Source: Macrostomum lignano (taxonomy: Eukaryota). From it: a stretch of DNA of 64,000 nucleotides. Under the pieces are notes generated by a model. It was not told where the DNA came from, did no database searches, and saw only the letters and a list, made by a program, of their open reading frames with translations. The stretch's first letter is position 1. The number at the start of each line of letters is the position of its first letter. This document shows positions 11,639 to 21,400 of this stretch, piece after piece. Both the position numbers and the translations under genes were made by a program. Location: the NCBI GenBank assembly GCA_002269645.1, contig NIVC01003099.1, forward strand, positions 55,487 through 119,486, in the 5' to 3' direction.

Positions 11639-12810
11639 TACGAGGGGTGCTTATTAAGTTCCCGAAAAGTTCAGTTCTAATTATTGCATCTGTACGGAAT
11701 TTTACCTGCAGCAACTGCAGTCTATTATAACTTCTCAACATAATTTCCACCCAAATTGGAGCACTTTTGCAGGCACTGGAACCATGCATTGAAGCACCCC
11801 CTGAGATCAGCTTTGGTGAAGCTGTCCAGCTCAGCTTGTAGCGCAAAAACCAGCTCCTCCCTCGAGTCGAAGTGCTTCCCCTCCAGATTTTTCTTTATTC
11901 TGGGAAATAGGAAAAAAGTCAGCAGGCACCAGGTCCAGCAAATATGCCGGATATGGCTGCTCAACAAGCTGGGTTGCCTGAAGGAATTCCTGGGTCACTT
12001 GTGCCCAGTGTGCAGGAGCATTGTCCTGATGGAGGAAGATGCCTTTGTCAAGCGTCTTTGGCCGCTGTTGTGCAAGCGCCTGCAGGATGCTATTGCGTCA
12101 GAAGAAAGTAGCCGCCATCACTCTCCCGAGGCTGCACTCGCGATGAAATTTGAGAGGAGCATCTTCCTCATTGGTAACGCACTGCCGACTCTACTCTTTG
12201 CTCTCTAGGTCATAAAAGTAGACCCAGGTTTCGTCGCCAATGAGGATGTTATCCACCAACTGTGAGTGGCCTCCATCAAACCTGGCTACCATGAGGTCGG
12301 CAAATTCAACTCAGGCTCGCATCTGGTCAGCGCTGAGCTGGTAGGGTACCCAGCAAGCAGACAGCTTCCTCATGCCAAGGTGCTAGTGCAGGATCTTAAT
12401 GATAGTGGAATCTGACACCCCAACAAGCTGCTCCAACCAGTGAATCATCACTCACTGATCTTCGTCTACATGGCATGAAACAGCAGCAACAACTCCGTCG
12501 GACACAGCCAAACTCGGCTGCCCCTCGCAAGGATCGTTGTCCAGAGTGGCCGAGCCACAGCGGAAGTACGCAAACTACTCATACACCAACTGGGATGATG
12601 CTTGATCCTGAAGAGCTTCATGCAGCATCTGGAGGCAGGTGGCTGCAGAGCTGCCCAGCCAAAACTGTACCAAGATTGCCACTCGCCTGTTGCAGTCAGT
12701 CAGCTGTGGCAAGGGGGCACTTTTTCAGCCAAACTTTGGCCACTGCAGCGGATCATTGCGACCAATTAAGCTAAAATTTTACAAGCAAACATAGAACTGC
12801 TTCATTTTAA
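11639..12810 (-). mobile_element. Mariner (Tc1/mariner) transposon relic with internal deletion
   Basis: Minus-strand motifs WVPYQL (WVPHEL), ILIGDETW, HQDNAPAH, PYPAYLLDLVPADF (YSPDLAPSDF) and LFPRIKKNLEGKHF..CFNAW..CSNLGGNYVEKL. Mariner-type end TA|CGAGGGGTGCTTATTAAG at 11639. The second TIR was not found. Confidence 0.9.
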
Positions 12811-13519
12811 AGAAAACTTTATATGCATGCTAGTAATAAAACAGCAGAAAAATACCTAAACTATTCACAGATATTCAATTACAAAAATCCTTATCATGGT
12901 TTCTATGGCAGGGAAGAGCTGACAGCTACTTGACATCATGAGATACTTATAATTGAGTGACTGCTTGCTATTGAAGAAAGCCCAATTTCAGGGGGTGCTT
13001 GCTATTAGAAAGAAAGGCAGGGAATGCTTGCTATCAGGAGATGATTCCTATTATTGCATCTTTATTGTATGTTTGAATTAAAGTTAAGAATTCAGATAGG
13101 GTCTAATTTAGTGATATTTTCCAATTTTGTTTAGCTGACCTGCATTTTGGGCTTATAAATATGCACAGATACTGGTTTATAAAAGAAAATAACACAAAGG
13201 CAATGAGATGTTGATTAATATCTTGGCTAATATTCTTATATCAATCACTTCATGACATATTTCACTTCATCACATAATAAGTTTTAAAAGTTCTGTATCT
13301 TTACTGTCATAAAATAATGCAAAAGTGAAGCAGAAATGGAATATAAAAAAGAGCACAAGTACAATGGACCATGGACGAGCAATACAAAAGATGGGGGGAC
13401 ATACTTAGACCTTATTCTAAGAACTAAGCTCCAAAGTTACTGGTAATTATAGTTTAGTACAACTTTAGTGATAGCAATTGAGATTTAAAGAGAAAAGTTT
13501 GGCCCATGAATAGATTAGG

Positions 13520-13680
13520 ACAGAAGGAAGAGGAAAGAAGGGAGGAAAAAAGAGAAAAGAAAGAAGAGAAAAAAGGAAGAGGAAAAAGAGTGAAAAAAGA
13601 GGAAAAGGAGAAAATGGAAGGAAAAAGAAAAGAAAGGAAAAAAGGAAAATAAAGAGAAAAGAGCTGAAAAGAGACACAAA
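13520..13680. repeat. Purine-rich (GA/A) low-complexity tract
   Basis: About 160 bp made almost only of A and G. Confidence 0.7.
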
Positions 13681-14897
13681 CCTTGAGCAAGCCATATTGT
13701 TATTGTAACGTTTCAATTGACCCAAGGGCTAGATAAAGTGAGGCTTTATAGCCATTACAAGCTATGGGGGGTGCTCCAAAAGTCCTTTCCCTTTTGAACA
13801 TAGCTCTTGCAATACTGCTCCAATTTGAATGCGGTTTTTGACTATAAAAAGATGCACTTTAGCTCAAAAGTTTTGTAATTTGATCATTTTTTCTATCTAT
13901 TATGGACTTATGGTACTTTTAGGTCTAGTTCTTACCAAAATCAAAGGGCATTGCACAATAATATTTGCACTGATTATTACATTAGACATAATTCAAACTT
14001 GAGTATTTTTTAATTTTAATACTCGAGGTTAGCATTGATGTGTAGATAGTTCTGTATTAGCAAGGCACTCTTTCAATCATTATATAGCTTTGCTCTGCTA
14101 GCATAAAGCCACTAAGGCATATAGAATACTAGGTAAATGCCATCTTCCAAGTTGCTGTCTGGTGCTTGCATGAAAGGATTGCATTAAGAGGTTTACAATA
14201 TTAGTTTGTCTCAGCTTATGGTTTAAAATTGTCACAAAGTAATAATAATATGTCACAATTGCATAGCATAGCAGTGCTCTGTGCACAGAGTTGAAGAGCT
14301 AAAAAGCCTTTAGTAGTACTATCTGAATTCTGAATTCATAGCATTGCTTTCTTTGACCATTTTTGCCTTGCACTTGTGCTAAGGTCTCTATAAAATAGCA
14401 CCATTTCATCCAGTATCATTATTGTTCTCTTGTCATTGTTCATTGTTCATATGCTCTGGTTAATTTAAGTCTAGTTCATACAGGTGCAACACCTAGTCAA
14501 TTCAATTAAGTGGCCAAGGCAGGTACACTGCAAAGCTAATCAATCAAACACCAGGAAAAAAGCATGACATATTCAATAATTTTATTATTTAACTTGCTTA
14601 GGTTCATGCCTAGGTTCTGGTTTTTAATTCTTCAGTCAAATAAACTGGATCAGTTGTGGGAAGTATGGTCTGATTGTCTTTGTGTTAGATTGTAATGAAA
14701 GTCCATGTAACCAGACTGCAAAATGTCATAATAAGAGAACTGAGATGGAGAGGCTACCACATCAACTGAAAACATGCAACAAATATACAAAAAATTGCTC
14801 ACTTAAAAACACAAAAAGACACAAGGAGACTCAAAGAGACTATAAGATGGGTTAGAAGAGTAACAATAATGGGTTACCATGCAAAAAATGATTTCAG

Positions 14898-17663
14898 TCT
14901 GCTGCTAATAGTCTGTTCAGCCGCTCGCCTGAAGTTTGCGTACGCGACGCACTTCGAGGCTTAGTTATTGCCGATCCGAGTTTGGCATTGATTGCCAGAA
15001 CTGGCAGCTCTAGTAGTGAAGGCGTCGGCGGGGTGGTTATTCGTAGAGAGCCTCGCGGCTCGCCTACAGGCAATTGGGTTCGCGTGATAAGCGGCGGCGG
15101 TGCCGGGCATGAGCCTGCCTACGTCAGATTTGTCGGAGAAGGACTTCTCGACGCCGCTGTGTCGGGTCACGTGTTTGCGTCGCCAGCTCCTAACGACATC
15201 TTGGAAGCGATTCGCCAACTGGCTTGTCCCTCTGGTCTGCTAGTATTGATTATGAACTACACAGGCGATAGATTGAACTTTGGTCTAGCCGCTGCCAGGG
15301 CTCGAACTAGCGACCTTCGCTGTCGAATGTTTGTCTGTGACGATGATGCGTCGATTAAGGATCCGGCGCCGGCTGTTGGCCGACGTGGCATCGCTGGCAG
15401 CCTGCTGATGATGAAGCTGGCTTGCGGCCTGGCAGATTCTGGGCTGGATTTAGACTGCATAGTGGATCGGTTGGAAAGTTTAAGGACCCGACTTGCTACT
15501 GTGGGTACCTGCAGGCTGCCGACAGGCGACTGGGAGCTCGGGCTGGGGATTCACGGTGAAGCTGGTGTCGGTCTGTTGAAAAGTCATCAAAGCTCTATGG
15601 AAGCCGTGGTTGGAGCCGTTGTTAAGAAACTACTGGCAGATGAACGCATTGAGAAATCTATGAATAAAGTTAAAAAACAAGAAAGCTCTTCGTCTGCCGC
15701 TTGTGCCATGCTAATCAATGGATTAGGCGGATTATCGAATTTGGAATTATCTGGAATAGCGTCTGTAGCTTTTGAGACAGTGACCGCCGTTTCTAACCTA
15801 CCTGTGCGTCGTTTGTACATCGGCAATTTGATGACGTCATTGTCTGCTCCGGGATTTTCCGTTAGTCTACTGTTGCTGCTAGGCCAAGATGATGAAGGCT
15901 GGATTCTGGAAACATTGGACTTGCCGGCGCGAAGGTAGGGGGTTGGAATCTAGTTCTTTTAGGTCAATATTACTATCTGTGGCATGAAAATCCTCCCTGT
16001 GAAAACGGTACCGTGACAAGAGTCGCTAGAGCATACATGCGAAACCTTGGGAATCACTCGGCCGTTTCTATTGGCAACACACACATTTAAGTCGCTATTG
16101 GCTGAGAGCAGTCACGTGACTACTATTCCGTCCAATAGCGACTTACATGTGTGTGTTGCCAATAGAAACGACTGGGTGAATCCCTAGGTTGCGCCCAAGC
16201 ATGCGCTAGAGTCATTCTAAAGAACTCACTAATGACTTGAACGACTGTATTGCGTAAAATAGTCGCGAAAAATTCGTCTAAGAGACGTTGCGTTAAGCGC
16301 TTAACTTTCTACTCATTCAAGTAGACTAAATAGAGTTGTTAATTTAAATGCGAAATGCGATTCTAATTCATAAAGTGACGCAGATGCGTTCTAATTACGA
16401 CTCTTCGCCCCAGAGTCGCAGACAATAAAACGCCTCAAATGGACTCTTCGGCGGCTCTTTGAAGCCTTTTTGTCGACTTGTACTACTGGGACATCTTGTC
16501 GTTTAAGTGTTACCTGCAACGAATCTGAAACGACTCTGGGGCGACGAAAGTCACTCTGGTTCTCGGTACCGTTTTCATCGGGCGTTTTTTGTTGCTATGG
16601 AGATTCTAATCAGCTGACTGGATTTGAAATCCCAATCTAGTTGCTATGGGAATCCTGATCAGCTGACTGGATTGAAAATCCCAATCTAGTTTCTATGGAG
16701 ATCCTAATCAGCTGACTGGATTTAAAATCCCAATCTAGTTGCTATGGAAATCCTGATCAGCTGACTGGATGAAAATCCCAGTTTAGTTGCTATATTAGTT
16801 GCAATGCAAATTGCAAACCCATTCGAATTTTACTCAGGTGGCCAGCCGCTTCCTCGCCAAGCGTTCTGCGGCCCGATCAACTCGAACTAGCCGCCCTTCC
16901 ATCTGACCCAACCTCTGCATCGTCTGACAGCAGCATTCCCTGGCAATCAGCCGAGTCTCTGAGCTCAGCCCTAGCATCACTGAGCGCCGTGGCCGCAGCT
17001 CTCATCGATGCCAGATCGATTCTGAATCAGCTGGATTCTGTTGGCGGACTTGGAGACGGAGACTGCGGCGATACCATGTACAGGGGAGCGGTTGCTATGC
17101 AGAAGTTTGTTGAGCAGCCTAGCAACGCCATAGTAACGGTTAGTAGCGGGCCTAGGCGGTTGCTAGCTGAGTTATCCAGCCTGGCCCAGAGCGACATGGG
17201 CGGCAGTTCCGGAGCTCTGTTCGGCATCGGCCTGGCAGCTGCAGCCGCTTCGGTCTGTCAGTCACCATTTGATGCACGCAGCGCCATTGCCGCCCTGTCC
17301 GCTGCGGCTGGCGCCATCTCGGAGGCTGGTCGAGCTCGGCAAGGCGATCGGACAATGCTGGACACTGTGTACGGTTTCTTAGAAGCATTCGATGCCGGCC
17401 TATCAGCTGATGAGGTTTGGCAGAGGCTGCCAAGAGCGGTCAGGCGGGCTCGTGATGGGGCTGTTGCCACGGCTCAGATGAAGCCTCGAGCTGGTCGAGC
17501 TGCCTACGTTGGCGCTGAGCTGTCCTCAACCTCTGAATCCGAAGCTCGGCCAGACCCTGGAGCATGGGCCGCTCTGATTATTTTGCGAACTGTTTGCCGA
17601 GCTGTTGGAGTCGCTGTTGATGACACGGAAGCTGAAGATGCCGCGGTGCTTGGTTCCGGTTAA
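14898..17663 (+). CDS. TKFC: Triokinase/FMN cyclase (dihydroxyacetone kinase, fused DAK1-DAK2); exons 14898-15934 and 16838-17663; start codon not in these exons
   Basis: DAK1 motifs [35 protein letters not shown]. DAK2 motifs GDGDCG, MGGSSGALFG, GDRTMLD, RAGRAAY, PDPGA. Phase-2 intron AG|GTAGGG ... TACTCAG|G joins LDLPARR-WP. AATAAA near 17735. Confidence 0.93.
15995..16582. mobile_element. Non-autonomous DNA transposon/MITE in the TKFC intron
   Basis: 22-bp TIRs CCCTGTGAAAACGGTACCGTGA (15995) and TCTCGGTACCGTTTTCATCGGG (ends 16582), with two internal inverted-repeat pairs. Confidence 0.75.
16594..16792. repeat. 49-bp tandem repeat, 4 copies
   Basis: Unit GCTATGGAGATTCTAATCAGCTGACTGGATTTGAAATCCCAATCTAGTT starting at 16594, 16643, 16692 and 16741. 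Confidence 0.9.
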
Positions 17664-17866
17664 ACTTCCTTATCTAAAGTTTGTTAGAACTCTGATTAAA
17701 TGTCATTGATTTTTATTACCTTTACTTATCATTCAATAAATCACCACACTAATCGATACTTTAGCTTTTGCGGTGGCAGTTTAACACTCTTATAAGATTC
17801 TTCTCCTTTATTCATTGAGAAATCGAGCATGGGTTTCTTCTCTTCAAGTGCCCTGGAGTCCTCCAG

Positions 17867-18358
17867 TGTACACTGACAGCCTTGTCCCTCTATCCCCTAA
17901 TGTACACTGACAGCCCGTCCCTCTATCCCCTAATGTACACTGACAGCCCGTCCCTCTATCCCCCAATGTACACTGACAGCCCTGCCCCTCTATCCCTCAA
18001 TGTACGTTGACAGCCCTGCCCCTCTATCCCTCAATGTACACTGACAGCCCTGCCCCTCTATCCCCCAATGTACACTGACAGCCCTGCCCCTCTATCCCTC
18101 AATGTACATTGACAGCCCTGCCCCTCTATCCCTCAATGTACATTGACAGCCCTGCCCCTCTATCTCTCAATGCACACTGATAGCCCTGTCCCTCTATCTC
18201 TCAATGCACACTGATAGCCCTGTCCCTCTATCCCTCAATGTACACTGATAGCCCTGTCCCTCTATCTCTCAATGCACACTGATAGCCCTGTCCCTCTATC
18301 TCTCAATGCACACTGATAGCCCTGTCCCTCTACCCCCTAGTGTACACTGAAAGCCCCG
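17867..18358. repeat. 34-bp minisatellite, about 14 copies
   Basis: Unit AATGTACACTGACAGCCCTGCCCCTCTATCCCTC between TKFC and SLC4A1AP. Confidence 0.9.
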
Positions 18359-18448
18359 CCACTCTATACTAGTGTAAAGCTTATTAATTTCTTTCAAAAC
18401 ATTTCAGCTCTCACCTGCCATCAATTTATTTAATAAAAATCGAAAAAA

Positions 18449-21400
18449 ATGTCATCAATTGATTCGGCTGACACAGAATCCAAGCAATCTGCAGCGGCAT
18501 CAGCAGAGCCGGCAGATGCAAAAGATTCAGAAACCGCTTCAGTTGAAGAACCGAGAAAACCTGTGGTGTTTAAAATGCCGCAGATTTCTGCAGCTCCGGT
18601 GTTGAATAAGAAATTATTGAAACAGCCGCAGCAGAAGCAGCTGCCAGCAGTAGAAGCAGTCGAGACAGAAACTCAATCAGATAATTCTTCTGATGTCAAT
18701 CAAACTGAACTCGAACCGAAGCAAAATAAAGTCACGCAGCAGCAGCAGCAACAGGAGGGCTCGTCATACATTCAACCGCATTGGGGTGGCCGCTGTCAAG
18801 GACCCTACTCTCTGCAGGTGCTCAAATCTGGCGTAGAAGTTCAGAATTTGGATTTGCAAGGCCGGTCCTGTCTGACTATTGGTCGCCAGAGCGACTGCGA
18901 CCTGCGCCTGGAGCACCCGTCATTGTCCAGGTGGGTTGTCTGGTGGCTGGTGTATGAGAATCATCATTTGATAATCTGCTATGATAATCCATGATAATCC
19001 TTGATATGATAATGATAATCTCCATGATTATCATAATCTATGATAATCCTTTGATAATCCAATATTAGAATCATCATTTGACAATCCACTTTGAGAATCG
19101 CCCTTTGATAATCCACTTTGAGAATCGCCCTTTGATAATCCACTTTGAGAATCGCCCTTTGATAATCCACTATGAGAATTGATAATCCACTATGAGAATT
19201 GATAATCCACTATGAGAATTGATAATCCACTATGAGAATTGATAATCCACTATTGAGAATTGATAATCCACTATGAGAATTGATAATCCACTATGAGAAA
19301 TGATAATCTACTATGAGAATCGCCCTTCACAATGCCAAATGCAGGCACCACGCAGTGATGCAGTACAGCGGTGCGGCAGACTCAGCATCAGAGTCTGAGC
19401 AGACAGACTCCACTCGCTATCCATCAGGCTGGTACCTGATAGACCTGGGCAGCACACACGGCACTCTGGTTAACAAAGTTAAGCTGCCTCCGCAACAGTA
19501 CAGGCGATTAAGAGTTGGTCACGTGATCAGGCTGGCCGGCAGCACCCGGCTGCTGGTTCTGCAAGGTCCGGAGAGCGATCAGGAGGCTGAGTCTGAGCTC
19601 ACCTATACCCAGCTGAAGGAGAGAAGAGATAGGTAATGCTTTGCCAGCATTTGATTTCTAAGCTAGACGATTTTTTGTGTACGATAATCCTTTGATAATC
19701 CAATATGAGAATCATCATTTGACAATCCACTTTGAGAATCGCCCTTGATAATCCACTTAATGGATTAAAAACTTTTCCGTTTTTTGTTAATCTAATGGAT
19801 ATTTTCGGGTTTTTTTTGTTTATCTAATGCAATATTTTCCGGGTTTTTGTTTACCTGATGGACTAATTTCCTGGTTTTTGTTCATCTGATTAAATATTTT
19901 TCGGGGTTTTTGTTTATCTGATAAATATTTTCTGAGTTTTTTGTTTATCTAATTAAATATTTTCCGGGGTTTTTTGTTTATCTGTTAAATATATTTCCTT
20001 GGTTTTTGTTTATCTGATGTAGTATATTTTCCTGGTTTTCTGTTTATCTAATGAAATATTTTTCTGGTTTTTTGTTTATCTGCTTGAATAGTCTGCGGGT
20101 TTTTTGTTTATTTACTAGAATATTTTCCGGGGTTTTAGATAAAAAATGTTCGGTTTTTATGTTTGTTAATGTAAAGAAAGATTTCCGGGTTTTTTATCTA
20201 ATGACTAGTTTCCGAGTTAATTGCAAGCGTAATCAAAAAAGCCTTACAACCAGCCAGTCGATTTTATTCAACTCTAAATTCATGAATCAAATTTACGTTT
20301 GAGCCTACTGTGTAAGTAGTATAGATATGTCTTGTTTCAAATTCTAATATTATTTTTTTGTTTTCTTTCCACTTTTAGGCGGCGCATAGAACAGCAGATG
20401 AAGCAGAATGCCGAGCTGCAGTCACCCTCCGAAAGGGATGGCAACAGCGGCGGCGGTGGCGGCTGTACCTGGGGCTTCGCTGAGGATGCAGTTGATGAGG
20501 CTGAGGAGTCTGCTGAGCAGCAGCTGTCTGGCAAGGATGGGTAAGTTACTGTAGGCCTCTGTGATACTGCTCAGTGCCCTGCCAGATCCTCAGTTGCTGG
20601 ACCAGCCTCCCAGATCCTCAGTTGCTGAGCCAGCCTCCCAGATCCTCAGTTGCTGGGCCAGCCTCCCAGATCCTCAGTTGCTGGGCCAGCCTCCCAGATC
20701 CTCAGTTGCTGGGCCAGCCTCCTAGATTATCAGTTGCTGGGCTAGCCTCCCAGATCCTCAGTTGCTGGGCCAGCCTCCTAGATTATCAGTTGCTGGGCCA
20801 GCCTCCTAGATTATCAGTTGCTGGGCCAGCCTCCCAGATCCTCAGTTGCTGGGCCAGCCTCCTAGATTATCAGTTGCTGGGCCAGCCTCCTAGATTATCA
20901 GTTGCTGGGCCAGCCTCCCAGATCCTCAGTTGCTGGGCCAGCCTCCTAGATTATCAGTTGCTGGGCCAGCCTCCCAGATCCCCAGTTGCGCCTCGAGTGC
21001 ATATACCTTGTGATGAAGCTGGCCAAAACAGGTCAATAAATATTTTTCTTCTTTGAGAAAATTATCATCTCAGGTGTGACTGTTTATTCAACTCCATCGT
21101 GCAAGCGGCACATTTTATTATTCTCTTTACCTGCCGAAAGCAGCAAAACAGACGCTTTTGACTGGTGAAAAGATTTATCCATACAAAAACATATTGAAAT
21201 CCGCAGCTGCTCCCGTCCTCTTTTGATGCTGAATAGATGCAGGTTGTTTGCAGAATTTCATAAAGATGACCGGGTGTTGACAGTGCAGTTTGATGAAAAT
21301 ATGGGAAAAGAGTGTGATGTTAAACAGAGGCGGAACTGTTTAAAAAGCGAAAATTTTCTTTCCTCCAGATGCTCCCATCTTATCGATTTGGAAATATTTT

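Noticed and set aside
12985-13010. Second mariner TIR
   Set aside because: GGGGGTGCTT here is in the same orientation as the 11641 end and diverges immediately, so it cannot be the partner TIR.
14898-17663. Horizontal transfer of a bacterial dihydroxyacetone kinase (long exons)
   Set aside because: The fused DAK1-DAK2 architecture and spliceosomal intron match ordinary eukaryotic TKFC. Only a phylogeny could reopen this.
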